Position numbers and translations under genes: made by a program. A stretch of 64,000 nucleotides of DNA, taken from positions 672,001 through 736,000 of the forward strand of contig OY969695.1 in NCBI GenBank assembly GCA_963701965.1, in the 5' to 3' direction. The notes beneath the pieces are model-generated. The model saw only the letters and a list, made by a program, of their open reading frames with translations. It did not search any database and was not told the origin of the DNA. Positions 27,596 to 37,391 of the stretch are shown here, one piece after another. This stretch comes from an uncultured Gemmatimonadales bacterium. GTDB taxonomy: Bacteria; Gemmatimonadota; Gemmatimonadetes; Gemmatimonadales; Gemmatimonadaceae. The stretch's first letter is position 1. The number at the start of each line of letters is the position of its first letter.

Positions 27596-28576
27596 CTACC
27601 GCTGCTTCCACCGAAAGACCACGTACCCCACCCGACGCAACTTGGGAATGGATCCACGCCAGACCGAGTCGAGCTGCGTCTCCAGCGCCGGGTTGAAAAC
27701 GTATTCCAACGTTTGCTGGACCGCTGGGCGATCGGCAAAGCGTCCGCGCACAACGGCCAGCTCCGTGAGGAATGCTTGCTCCCAGCGTGCATCATCGGCC
27801 GGCGACTGCGTGCCCGGTCTCTTGTGCGTCATCACCGATAGCTCGGCGAGCAGCGCCATATGCGCATCGTAGTCGGTCGAGTCGATGGCGATCGCCGCTC
27901 GAAATTGCTCCGCGGCTGCCTCGGTCTTGTACTCCTCGGAGAGACATCGTCCCAGAACATAGTGGCCGACGAATCGCTCGTCCGGCCTCGCCGCGGCCGG
28001 CACATTGCTCATCGCGGGCGTCAACACGGCGATGCACCGATCGACGGACGGCTTGTCTATGCTGTTCTCGCGCTTCCGGTATGCCCGAATACCGTCACGC
28101 AACCGCGCGAAGAAAGCCGGGGCTGCGCTGGAGGGCCACCCGGCCGTGTCGTAACGCCCGTCGAGCATCACTGCCGTCGGATATCCACGAGCCGGATCGT
28201 ATCCAAAGACGACGTTGTCGATCTCCCCGACCGTCGACACCACATCGGGCTGGTTCAGCAGGATCCCGAGATACTGACCACCAACGGAATCGTACGCGAT
28301 GATGCGGACCCACATGAGCTCGGGCCGCTTCCCGGCCGCCGAGTCGGGGTTGAGGAACAGAACCTGGACGTCGTCTTTGTATCCCGGCGCGAACCGGCCG
28401 CCGAGCCGCGGATCGGCGCGCCACGGCGCCGGCTGCCCCGTATACCACTCCCACAGCATGACATGCACACGCCACGGGGGCACACTCGCCGGTAGGGCAT
28501 GCGCCGCGCCGACCGCGAGTGCCACACCACTGGCCCAACAGAGCGCCCGCGCGACTACTCTGGAACAACGTGCCAA
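27596..28576 (-). CDS. Secreted hypothetical protein, DUF2314-like domain plus TPR-like helices
   Basis: ELMWVRI...YLGILLNQP motif; GHYVLGRCL..AAEQFRAAIAID; TTG start behind GAGGGGG. Confidence 0.65.
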   Translation of the reverse strand: MARCSRVVARALCWASGVALAVGAAHALPASVPPWRVHVMLWEWYTGQPAPWRADPRLGGRFAPGYKDDVQVLFLNPDSAAGKRPELMWVRIIAYDSVGGQYLGILLNQPDVVSTVGEIDNVVFGYDPARGYPTAVMLDGRYDTAGWPSSAAPAFFARLRDGIRAYRKRENSIDKPSVDRCIAVLTPAMSNVPAAARPDERFVGHYVLGRCLSEEYKTEAAAEQFRAAIAIDSTDYDAHMALLAELSVMTHKRPGTQSPADDARWEQAFLTELAVVRGRFADRPAVQQTLEYVFNPALETQLDSVWRGSIPKLRRVGYVVFRWKQR

Positions 28577-28707
28577 GCCATCCCCCTCGTTTCTGTTGAA
28601 ACCGCGATGGCGACGTGCCGAGCTCGCCCGCACTTCGCCACCATGATCGGCGCCAGACGGGACTCACAACAGGTCCGAGGACAAAAAAGCCGCGGTGCCA
28701 CCGCCGC

Positions 28708-31377
28708 TCAGAGTGAGCGCAGCGCGGTGAGCGGATCCACTCCGGTTGCTCGCCGGGCCGGGATGGCGCTCGCGAGTGCGGCCACGAGGAGGAACAACGC
28801 CGCCGCGCCGCCGAACGTGCCCACATCATGCGGCGTCACGCCAAAAAGAAGGCTCGACAGCACACGCGTGAGCATGGCGGCGATCCCTAGACCAATGACC
28901 ACGCCGACCCCGGCGAACGACACGGCTTCCCGCACCACGACCCAGCAAATGCTCCGCGCGTCGGCGCCAAGTGCCATGCGGATACCAAACTCCTGCGAGC
29001 GCTGGGCGACGGTATATGAGATGACGCCATAGATCCCGATCGTCGCCAGGATCACGGCCGTCACGCCGAGCGCGAGCATGAGAAACATTACGAACCGCGA
29101 GGGCGCCGTCGACACGTCGATGATGGCGTCCATCGTCGTGATGGTGGCCAGAGGAAGTAGCGGGTCGACGCCGGCGACAGCGTGCCGCATGGCCGGTGCC
29201 AGAGACGGAGCCGGGATCGCGCTCCGGATGACAATGGCCATCCGGCCGTCGATCGCTTGGGCGTACGGGATATACATCTCGTCCGTCACCCCTTGATCAA
29301 GCCCGCTGGCGTGAATGTCTCCAGTCACGCCAATGACCTGCCTCCAGTCCGGCGCCTCGGATGACCCGACGCAGGCGATTCGGCCGCCGATCGGGTCGGC
29401 CGCGCCAAAGAGGCGGCGCGCCAGCGCGCGGTTGATCATCACGACCGGCACGCTCCCGGGAACGTCGACGTTGCTGAATCCCCGTCCCCGCACGAGTGGG
29501 ATGCCCATCGTCGCGAAATACTCGGCCGACGCGCTCCGCACGTTGGCACCAATGGTGCTCTCGCTCGACGATCCACTGGCCGCCGTGGCGACACGGCAAT
29601 CCGTGCCCGCCGAGGCAATTGGCAACTTTGACGTGAGCGCGACCGACCGCACGCCGGGAATGGCGGCAAGGGACCGTTGGATGTCCCGCCAGGCAGAGGC
29701 GATCGCCGTGTCGGACGCGTACCGAGCGCGCGGCAACACGACAGCGGTGGTGATGAGATTGTCCGGCGCGAACCCCGGCGCCACCCGCTGAATGCGGATC
29801 GCACTCTGCACCAGCAGTCCCGCGCCCACGACCAGCGTCAACGCCAGCGTCACTTCGACGACGATCAGCGCCGCGCCTATCCTTTCGCGCGGCCCCTGCC
29901 CCGTTTGGCGGCCGGACGCGCGAAGCGACGCCTGCAGGTCGACGCGCGTCGCCCGGAGCGCCGGCGCGAGTCCGAAAGCCAGACTGCAGGCCACGGCGAG
30001 GCCCGCACTGAACAGGAGGACAGGGGCATTGATCGACGCCTCGCTCAGTCGCGGCACCCCCAGCATGCTCGCGGTGGTGAGAAATCGGATGCCCCCGGCG
30101 GCGACGGCCAGCCCCGACACCGCACTCGCGACGGCGAGCACGGCGCTCTCCGTCAGGAGCTGGGCGACAATGCGCCGCCGTCCGGCGCCGAGCGCGCCCC
30201 GTACGGCCAGCTCCTGATGGCGCATGGCCGACCGCGCCAGCAAGAGGTTGGTGACGTTCCCACAGGCGATGAGCAGCACCAACCCCACCGCCGTCGCGAT
30301 GATGAGCAGGAGGGGCCGGACCCGCCCAACGACGTATTCCCCCAACGGGACCGCGACAATGCCTCCGTCGAAGTTCGAATGCGGATACTGGCGCGCCAGC
30401 TGCGCTTCGATGCCCGCCAGTTCCGCGAGCGCGGCCTGGGGCGCGACGCCCTGCTTCACCAACCCGACGACGGACAACTCGTGATCGGAATGTTCCTCGA
30501 GCGCGGATGGCGAAGGCGCGAGTGGCACCCAGACCATCGGGCCCCGCTGCGTCAGATTGTACTCCGGGGCCGCGACGCCAATGACCGCATACGACGTGTC
30601 GCTCAGCGTGACGCTCTGACCGACGATCCCGCGATCGCCACCAAACGCCGACTGCCACAAGCCATACGACAGGACGACCACGCGCGGCGCGCCCGCGCGA
30701 TCCTCGTCCGCGTGAAAATATCGGCCGATCACCGGCGGGATGTATTCCGCGCGCCAGTACCCCTCCGACACCCGATAGGCCCAGAGGGGTTGCGGATCGC
30801 CGTGACCGGTGAGCGTGAGGTTGGCGTAGTCCACCCCTCCGATGGCCTCGAAGCTCCGCGCCCGCTGAATCCAGGTGGCGAAATTACCGAACGTGGCGAA
30901 CATGCCTTGGGTATCCTGCGGCCCATTGCGCTCGCGCAGGCTGTATACCCGGTCCGCATTGGCGTATGGCAGCGGGCGCAGAATCACACTGTAGACGACA
31001 CTGAAGATGGCGGTGTTGGCGCCGATGCCGAGCGCCAGCGTCAGGATCGCGGGGGCTGTGAAGCCTGGGTTCCGTATGAGCTGCCGCACGGCGTACGCGA
31101 CGTTTTGTCGCAACGTGTCCATCCACGCCGACCGGCGCATCGTCGCCTCACGGTGTCGCGTGATATCGCGCAGCGTCTCCGCAATGCGCCGGGGATCCCC
31201 AAACCGTGCGCGGGCTTCCCGCTCGGCCACGTCGCGCGGCATGCCCGCGGCTTGAAACTCGTTGATGCGGGCATCGAGATGATGCCGCAGCTCGTCGTCA
31301 ATGTCGGCGACCGGGTTGCGGCGCCAGAAGCGGAGATAGCGCCGCCACTTCGCTTCGACGGCATCAGGCCCGCTCAA
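28708..31377 (-). CDS. ADOP-type duplicated ABC permease (MacB/FtsX) with permease-prefix domain
   Basis: DIDDELRHHL..ARARFG prefix, LTLALGIGANTAIFSVV, LVLLIACGNV, GIYGVISY.V.QR..EFGIRMALGA, PARRA..VDP..ALR. Confidence 0.95.
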   Translation of the reverse strand: MSGPDAVEAKWRRYLRFWRRNPVADIDDELRHHLDARINEFQAAGMPRDVAEREARARFGDPRRIAETLRDITRHREATMRRSAWMDTLRQNVAYAVRQLIRNPGFTAPAILTLALGIGANTAIFSVVYSVILRPLPYANADRVYSLRERNGPQDTQGMFATFGNFATWIQRARSFEAIGGVDYANLTLTGHGDPQPLWAYRVSEGYWRAEYIPPVIGRYFHADEDRAGAPRVVVLSYGLWQSAFGGDRGIVGQSVTLSDTSYAVIGVAAPEYNLTQRGPMVWVPLAPSPSALEEHSDHELSVVGLVKQGVAPQAALAELAGIEAQLARQYPHSNFDGGIVAVPLGEYVVGRVRPLLLIIATAVGLVLLIACGNVTNLLLARSAMRHQELAVRGALGAGRRRIVAQLLTESAVLAVASAVSGLAVAAGGIRFLTTASMLGVPRLSEASINAPVLLFSAGLAVACSLAFGLAPALRATRVDLQASLRASGRQTGQGPRERIGAALIVVEVTLALTLVVGAGLLVQSAIRIQRVAPGFAPDNLITTAVVLPRARYASDTAIASAWRDIQRSLAAIPGVRSVALTSKLPIASAGTDCRVATAASGSSSESTIGANVRSASAEYFATMGIPLVRGRGFSNVDVPGSVPVVMINRALARRLFGAADPIGGRIACVGSSEAPDWRQVIGVTGDIHASGLDQGVTDEMYIPYAQAIDGRMAIVIRSAIPAPSLAPAMRHAVAGVDPLLPLATITTMDAIIDVSTAPSRFVMFLMLALGVTAVILATIGIYGVISYTVAQRSQEFGIRMALGADARSICWVVVREAVSFAGVGVVIGLGIAAMLTRVLSSLLFGVTPHDVGTFGGAAALFLLVAALASAIPARRATGVDPLTALRSL

Positions 31378-31718
31378 GCGGGTTGCTCCGTGGCACTCAT
31401 GATCTTGCCGAGCGCGGCGGCGAACGCGGACATGTTATGTGACTGCGTCGTCAGCTGGCGACGGCCGGCGGCGGTGAGCCGATAGTACTTGGCGCGCCGA
31501 TTGTTCTCGCTCAGGCCCCACTCGGCGGTGACCCACCCGCGATCCTCCATCCGGTAGAGCGCCGGATAGAGGGAGCCTTCTTCGATGCGAAGCGCATCGT
31601 TCGTGACATCCTGCACCCAGCGAGCGATCGCGTACCCGTGCATGGGTTTCCAACTCAACGTCTTGAGCACGATGACGTCGAGCGTGCCCTGCAACAGCGG
31701 GGTGGTCGGACCGGCCAC
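31374..31718 (-). CDS. padR: PadR family regulator (acidobacterial type)
   Basis: LLQGTLD, MHGYAIA, IEEGSLYPALYR, WGLSENNRRAKYYRLT; directly upstream of the ADOP permease. Confidence 0.93.
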   Translation of the reverse strand: MAGPTTPLLQGTLDVIVLKTLSWKPMHGYAIARWVQDVTNDALRIEEGSLYPALYRMEDRGWVTAEWGLSENNRRAKYYRLTAAGRRQLTTQSHNMSAFAAALGKIMSATEQPA

Positions 31719-31722
31719 GGCT

Positions 31723-31782
31723 GTCTCCCCCTAGGTTTTCTAAGGGAGACGGTAGCGACTCTCCCTTAGGACTTCAAGGGGA
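31723..31782. promoter_or_regulatory. Two tandem imperfect palindromes, probable PadR operators
   Basis: GTCTCCCCCTAG-GTTTT-CTAAGGGAGAC (31723-31750) and CTCCCTTAG-GACTT-CAAGGGGA (31761-31782); the first overlaps the padR RBS. Confidence 0.7.
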
Positions 31783-31800
31783 CGCGTGGCGCCCCTGGCG

Positions 31801-32901
31801 TCACGCCGGGAGATTCGGGGTGATGATGGCCTTCGTGACACGCTGCTGGGCGACGGCGTCGAGCGCCTCGCCGGCCTGATCGAGGCGATAGCGGCCCCCG
31901 ATCATCTCGCGCCACGGCACGCGCGTGCCGAAGTGCGCGGTGAGCGCGACGGCGCGGTGAAAGTGCGAGTAGTCCGACCCCCAGCACCCCCGGATCTCGA
32001 CATGCTTGCGATTGATCTGATAGTGGGGATGGAGCGCGATCGTGCCGTTGTCAGTGTAATGTCCGGCGATGATGACGCGCCCGCCATCGCGCACGAGGTC
32101 GAGGGCTTGCGAGACCGCGGCCGGGCTGCCGGAGGCTTCAATCACGACGTCGACGCCGTGACCGCCCGTCCACTCGCGCACGCGCGCCGCGCGATCGGCC
32201 GGCGGCACGTCGAGCCCCAGCGTATCGGTGGCGCCCATCCGCTGGGCGAAGGCGAGGCGGCTCGCGGGGTCACCGATGGCGACCACGCGCGATGCGCCGG
32301 ACAAAGCCGCGAACGCCACCGCCGACTGGCCCACCGGGCCGACGCCCAAGACGGCCACCGTCTCGCCGAGGCGGAGATGGGCGAGGTCGATGGCGTGGAG
32401 CGATGTCACGAGGCCGCAGCCGCCGCCGATGAACGTCTCGGGATCGAGGGCCGCTGGCAGCTTGATCAGACGGACGCCGGGCTTGATCCACAGCTTCTCG
32501 GACCAGCCGCCCAGGAGGCCGTCGCGGGCGCCATAGGTGATCCCGTAGACCTTCCGGTGGGGGCATCGCGTCGATTGCTTGGCGACGAGGCATTGAAAGC
32601 ACGCGCCGCAGGTCTCGTGGACATCGAGAAACGTCACGACATCACCCTCGCGGAGCGGCTGTCCTTCGACATCGGTGGTGGTCCCGCGAAGCTCGGCGAT
32701 CGCGCCGACCGACACGTGCCCTGGGATGAGGGGATACGGGACGCCAGTCAGGCGCCCGTGGTGGAGGTGCACGTCGGTCCCGCACACTTCCGAGTACAGG
32801 ACGTGCAGCAGGGCGGCGCCGGGCTCGAGGCTCGGGACCGGAAACTGCTCGAGCCTCACGGGTTCGTTCGGGCTCGGGATAATCGCGGCGGTGACAGGCA
32901 T
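31801..32901 (-). CDS. Zinc-dependent alcohol dehydrogenase (MDR family)
   Basis: VCGTDVH, PGH, CGACFQC..C structural Zn site, GVGPVG Rossmann motif. Confidence 0.93.
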   Translation of the reverse strand: MPVTAAIIPSPNEPVRLEQFPVPSLEPGAALLHVLYSEVCGTDVHLHHGRLTGVPYPLIPGHVSVGAIAELRGTTTDVEGQPLREGDVVTFLDVHETCGACFQCLVAKQSTRCPHRKVYGITYGARDGLLGGWSEKLWIKPGVRLIKLPAALDPETFIGGGCGLVTSLHAIDLAHLRLGETVAVLGVGPVGQSAVAFAALSGASRVVAIGDPASRLAFAQRMGATDTLGLDVPPADRAARVREWTGGHGVDVVIEASGSPAAVSQALDLVRDGGRVIIAGHYTDNGTIALHPHYQINRKHVEIRGCWGSDYSHFHRAVALTAHFGTRVPWREMIGGRYRLDQAGEALDAVAQQRVTKAIITPNLPA

Positions 32902-32940
32902 GCGTCGAATATACGAGCCGGCCGACGCCGCCTGGACTGA

Positions 32941-34305
32941 CTAGCGACGCAATGCCAGCGGCGCGAGCCCGTCGAGCCAGGCGTCCAGGATGGGCTCCAG
33001 GTGCGTGCCGTCGTACTTGCGACTCAGTCCCGGCACCGGGTCGCTGAAGCTGGCCAACGGCGTCGCCTGATGGGAGAGATAGTGGTCCAACTCCGGGACG
33101 TCGGCGTACGTGGCATTTCCCGGATGCATCGCGTTGATCGCCTCCACGAGCTCCAGATGCTCGTCCCGGCTCGTGACGAAGTCCGACCCGCCGTGCATCA
33201 CCAGCGCTGGTACCGCGACCTTCTTCCATGTCGTGGCCACGTTGATCGCCGCGACCTGCTGCATGTACGTCTCGGACGCCGGATAGCTGACGGAGGGTAG
33301 GCATCCCGGTTCCGCGGCCAGTACGGCGGCGCGGGACTGGCGTTCGACCAGGAAATGGAATCCGCAGCGAGCTTTGCGCGCCATCACGATCTCGATGCTG
33401 TCCGGCGGTAGGTTCTGGAGACGGAGCTGGCGGCGCAGGTTCGCCAACTCGTACTCGTACCAGTTGATGCCGACCGTCGACAGCACCGCGACCCCCCGCA
33501 ACGGCGCCAGCGCCAGCGAGTCGGATCCCGCGAGCAGCGGTCCTTCTATGCCGCCGATGCTGTGGCCGAAGAGGAAGACGCGGGACGAATCGACCCACGG
33601 GAGGTGCCGCGCCGCGCTCAACGCGGCACGGTATCCGCCGACCTCGGTGTCGAGATCGGTCGCCATGCATGGTCCGCCCTCGCTGTCCCCGACGCCGGCT
33701 TTCTCGACCCGCACCGTGGTGTACCCCCGGCGGGTGAGATGGTACATCAGGTCGCGGTACGGATTCTCACCAGTAGGTTGGTCGATCGAATAGCACCCGA
33801 TCCCGCCGACCAGCATCACCGTCGGGTGCGGGCCGCCCGCATGGGGATGCGTGACCAAGACCCGCCGCACCCCTCCCGGCGCCGCCACCGCCGTGTACAC
33901 AACGTCGAAGTCGGCGCTGGTCTCCCGTGGCCGCTCGCGGGCCACGAACGTGATCGATCGCGCGGCGCCGGCACGCACGACACCGACGGGGACGTGCGTC
34001 CCGGAGGGGATCACCCGCAGCACGGCGAGAGCCGAAGGGACATCGGTGACGGTGTCATGGCCGATGCGGACGATGACATCCTGCGGCTGCATGCCAGCGT
34101 CCGCCGCCGGTGTTTGCGGGAGCACGGCCAGCACCCGGGCTCCGGGCGGTGCGCCTAGCGTGCGGAGGGAGTCGGTTACCGACGCGAGGCTCGCGCCAAA
34201 CTGGATGCGTCGGGGGAGCGTGGCGTTAGCGGGCGTCTGGGCGGTGGCTCCGAGGGCCAACGCCGCGCCGAGCACGAGGAACCCGATCGAGGGCGTGAGG
34301 CGCAT
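32941..34305 (-). CDS. Secreted PDZ-domain alpha/beta hydrolase
   Basis: Signal peptide from ATG 34305; PDZ (TPAADAGMQPQDVIVRI); EKAGVGDSEG, GHSIG, HGGSDFV, LDH triad. Confidence 0.88.
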   Translation of the reverse strand: MRLTPSIGFLVLGAALALGATAQTPANATLPRRIQFGASLASVTDSLRTLGAPPGARVLAVLPQTPAADAGMQPQDVIVRIGHDTVTDVPSALAVLRVIPSGTHVPVGVVRAGAARSITFVARERPRETSADFDVVYTAVAAPGGVRRVLVTHPHAGGPHPTVMLVGGIGCYSIDQPTGENPYRDLMYHLTRRGYTTVRVEKAGVGDSEGGPCMATDLDTEVGGYRAALSAARHLPWVDSSRVFLFGHSIGGIEGPLLAGSDSLALAPLRGVAVLSTVGINWYEYELANLRRQLRLQNLPPDSIEIVMARKARCGFHFLVERQSRAAVLAAEPGCLPSVSYPASETYMQQVAAINVATTWKKVAVPALVMHGGSDFVTSRDEHLELVEAINAMHPGNATYADVPELDHYLSHQATPLASFSDPVPGLSRKYDGTHLEPILDAWLDGLAPLALRR

Positions 34306-34602
34306 ACGGTGAAGATAGCAAATCTCACGGGCGCGTGTCTGGTCGCGTTGCGTCGTGTGTGGATCGATTTGGCCCGAAACCAGCCATACACTCCGAGCAC
34401 GACCTGCCAGGTCTGGTCGAACCACGCCGCGCGGCGCTCAGGTTACGTCGTCATCGAGCGATTTTCAGACGCCGCCCGAACTTCTCGAGGAGGCCAAGCG
34501 TAGCCGCCAGTCCCCGGCAGCTTCCCGGGGCTCGACGGTCGTGTCACGAATCGCCGTCGCGGACGGGGTATACTGGCGTCGCTCCGTGCTCAGGCACATC
34601 GC

Positions 34603-35784
34603 ATGCAGGCTCTACCGCCGTCTCCCACCTGGACGGTTCTTGTGTCGCGTTTTGGCGTCGGCTTCGCGGGCGCATGCACCGCGCTCGTCGTCTCGTGCTC
34701 CCCCACCACGAACCTCACCAGCGCGTCACCGCTCGAGCAGCGCGCGCTGGCCGCCACGTCGGCGGTGACCCTGCCCTTCGTCACGGCCCACACGGCGGCG
34801 CTCCCCGGCCTCGATGGCGTGGACTACGCGATCGTCGGCATCAACGACATCGCCGAGATCATCGGCACATGGAGCGAGTTCCATTCGTCGCCGTTCGCCT
34901 TCAAGTATCAAACGACGCGCGGTATCACGGGCCTATTCCAATCCGACAGCTCGGCCCAGACCGTGGGGTACGGCGTCAACGACAAGGGGGACATTGTCGT
35001 GGGCGGCGTGGGACCGTGGGGTATCGGCATCTGGGATTGGTCCAACCAACTCCGTTCGCTCCGGAATCTCTCGACGACCGTCGGGTCGTCGTGCGTCCCG
35101 AGCGCGATCAACGATCGCGGGATAGTAGCCGGGACATGCGGGGTCGCCGGGCAATCGCATTTCTTGGCCACGGTCTGGACCACGGCTGGCACCCCCTGGG
35201 CTCTACGCACATCGAGCGGTGCGTTCGTCACCCAGAATCACCTCGGCGTCGGCCTATCGGACTCGGGCTACGTGAGCGGCGAGTACTCCGACGGATCGGG
35301 GTTCGTCCTCACGCCGGCGGGCCAACTGCGCCTTCTGCCGAAGCTCGTCCTCAATGGCGTGGCGTACCGGGTCCAGGCGCTTGACGTCAACAACTTCGGC
35401 CAGGCCGCCGGCAATGCCCTCAACGACAGCACATCGGGCTGCACTCATGCCGTCGTCTATCTGCCTACGAACGCGATCGTCGACCTCGGCTGCGGTACCG
35501 CGGACGGGATCAATGACAGCGGGATCGTGGCCGCGACGCTCACGGACAGCGCGGGCACGATGTCTGAGCCGGTAGTGTGGTCGCAGTCCACGGGGCTTCG
35601 GCGGCTCCCGGGACTGGAGGGCGGAGCCGCGCTGGCGGCGGAGACCGAATCGACCGTTGCCATGAACCACAAGCGGCAGATCATCGGATACATCACGATG
35701 TCCACGGGTGTCACCCATAAGGTCATGTGGACGCTGCAGAGCGGAGATCCGTCGACCGCGCTGGCGGCGGTGGCCATGAAATAG
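34603..35784 (+). CDS. HAF-repeat-like extracellular protein / lipoprotein
   Basis: Repeated (I/V)ND.G..VG units, THAVVY, lipobox-like VVS-C; start uncertain. Confidence 0.72.
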   Translation: MQALPPSPTWTVLVSRFGVGFAGACTALVVSCSPTTNLTSASPLEQRALAATSAVTLPFVTAHTAALPGLDGVDYAIVGINDIAEIIGTWSEFHSSPFAFKYQTTRGITGLFQSDSSAQTVGYGVNDKGDIVVGGVGPWGIGIWDWSNQLRSLRNLSTTVGSSCVPSAINDRGIVAGTCGVAGQSHFLATVWTTAGTPWALRTSSGAFVTQNHLGVGLSDSGYVSGEYSDGSGFVLTPAGQLRLLPKLVLNGVAYRVQALDVNNFGQAAGNALNDSTSGCTHAVVYLPTNAIVDLGCGTADGINDSGIVAATLTDSAGTMSEPVVWSQSTGLRRLPGLEGGAALAAETESTVAMNHKRQIIGYITMSTGVTHKVMWTLQSGDPSTALAAVAMK

Positions 35785-35899
35785 CGCGGCGAGACGGCCG
35801 TCGTCCGGAGCGTCCGCTGAGCCTGTCCGACAGACGCTCCTTGGCACCGAGGCAATACGCGCGCTGTCAGGCTGCGCGCCCGGCCTCGTGGTTTCGCGC

Positions 35900-36283
35900 T
35901 CACCAGAACAACCAGGCCGCGTCCTTCCGCCGCGGCCCCGGTAGCAATTCGTAGCGCGCGCTGTCGTACCGGGCCGTTGCCAGCAGATGTCGTACGCGGG
36001 CGCGGTACTGGCGCTCCAGCTGCCGCCGGAACCAACTGGGCACTCCCCAGGGGTGCCACGCACGCGGGCCGCGCAACCTTTCCTCGATCCGTCGCACTTC
36101 CCGGCAGCGACGGCACGAATCCCACAGGTTGGCTTGTCGCGCACATTCGGGGCAGTCGCGCCATGATCCCCATGGCGCGAGTGGACCGAGGACATCGTCA
36201 CTCGTGCGGTGGCGGGAGCGTTTGAGACGGCGGGCGAGTCGCGCATTGATGGCGATGATCCACCGTTTCGATCCATGGGCCAT
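35900..36283 (-). CDS. Small Arg/Trp-rich hypothetical protein with CxxC-CxxC
   Basis: GGAG RBS before ATG 36283; CPEC..CRRC, GVPSWFRRQLERQYRAR, ends AWLFW. Confidence 0.65.
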   Translation of the reverse strand: MAHGSKRWIIAINARLARRLKRSRHRTSDDVLGPLAPWGSWRDCPECARQANLWDSCRRCREVRRIEERLRGPRAWHPWGVPSWFRRQLERQYRARVRHLLATARYDSARYELLPGPRRKDAAWLFW

Positions 36284-36480
36284 CAGTTCTCCAAGTAAGG
36301 GCACTACGTCATGGCAGCCTCCTGGCAGGTGTGATTACAGCCCAACTTCGACGGGAATGTACGCGGATCACGCGCGCGGTTCTACGCGCAGACATTCACG
36401 GTGCAGCGCCTCGACGACGTAGCAGCCGCGGGACTAGGCGCACCGGTCATTCCTCGACCGTCTGTGCGCGGACCGGTGTG

Positions 36481-36511
36481 CTTGCACCCTTGGGGTGCAA
36501 GGGATTATATT
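36481..36511. promoter_or_regulatory. Perfect 9-bp inverted repeat overlapping a putative -35/-10, upstream of higBA
   Basis: CTTGCACCC-TTG-GGGTGCAAG; TTGCAC (36482) N18 TATATT (36506). Confidence 0.5.
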
Positions 36512-36565
36512 ATTGGCTGTGGTGTGTCGAGCTGGACCCACTGGCAAGCCCCGGTCTTCTCCTAC

Positions 36566-36859
36566 GTGATTCAATCGTTCTATGATGATGCGACGGCTGA
36601 TTTGTTCAATGGCAAGAATACCTCGGCCGCACGCCGGGCTTGTCCATTCGAGCTCTGGCCTGTCGCGCGACGTAAGCTCGATCAGCTCAATAACACGGTT
36701 TCGCTCGTCAGCCTGCGACTGCCACCAGGAAATAGGCTCGAGGCATTGCGTGGGGATCGCGACGGGCAACATTCGATCCGTATCAATCAGCAGTATCGAA
36801 TATGTTTCGTGTGGACAAATCGAGGACCTGAGAACGTCGAGATTGTCGATTATCACTGA
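36566..36859 (+). CDS. higB: HigB-type RelE/ParE toxin (plasmid maintenance killer family)
   Basis: IQSF, ARRKLDQL, LRLPPGNRLEAL.GDR.GQHSIRINQQYRICFVW, VEIVDYH. Confidence 0.95.
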   Translation: MIQSFYDDATADLFNGKNTSAARRACPFELWPVARRKLDQLNNTVSLVSLRLPPGNRLEALRGDRDGQHSIRINQQYRICFVWTNRGPENVEIVDYH

Positions 36860-36868
36860 GGCACTGCA

Positions 36869-37204
36869 ATGAGCATAGGCCTGCCCACCCACCGGGCGCC
36901 GACGACGCCAGGCGAGATGTTGCTCGAGGAGTTCTTGAAGCCGCTCGGGTTGACTCAGACCGAGGTCGCTGAGCGGATGCAGGTACCCCTCAAGCGGCTG
37001 AACGCCATCATTCGTGGCCGCAAGGCCGTCACCCCGGAAACCGCTCTTCGGCTTGAGCGGCTATTCGGGATGGAGGCGCAGTTCTGGCTGAATCTGCAAT
37101 TGGGTGTCGACTTGTACCGCGCGATGCACTCACCGGCCGCAGCCGACATTCGCAAGCTTCGTCGCGTGCCCGGGATTGACGCGCACGCGGGCCGAGTCGC
37201 GTAG
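36869..37204 (+). CDS. higA: HigA addiction-module antitoxin (HTH)
   Basis: PGEMLLEEFLKPLGLTQ, VTPETALRL, FWLNLQ; toxin-first gene order. Confidence 0.95.
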   Translation: MSIGLPTHRAPTTPGEMLLEEFLKPLGLTQTEVAERMQVPLKRLNAIIRGRKAVTPETALRLERLFGMEAQFWLNLQLGVDLYRAMHSPAAADIRKLRRVPGIDAHAGRVA

Positions 37205-37289
37205 CCGGCTCCTCGGCCGTGGTAATGACTGACGTTGGCGTCTATGCAATCGGCGACATTCCCAGAATGGCGCCGATCGTTTACACCGC

Positions 37290-37390
37290 ATCTAACGTAG
37301 CCGATCAACGACATCCCGGACTATCGCCTACTACGCGCGAGTGGTGACACTATCTATCCATGTCGCAGCTTCACAAAGGCACGTTAGTGC
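37290..37390 (+). other. Integron attC-like site (degenerate)
   Basis: R''-like ATCTAAC (37290-96) and R'-like GTTAGTG (37383-89); ends pair CTAACGT/ACGTTAG, inner pair CGACAT/ATGTCG; about 100 bp. Confidence 0.5.
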
Positions 37391-37391
37391 G

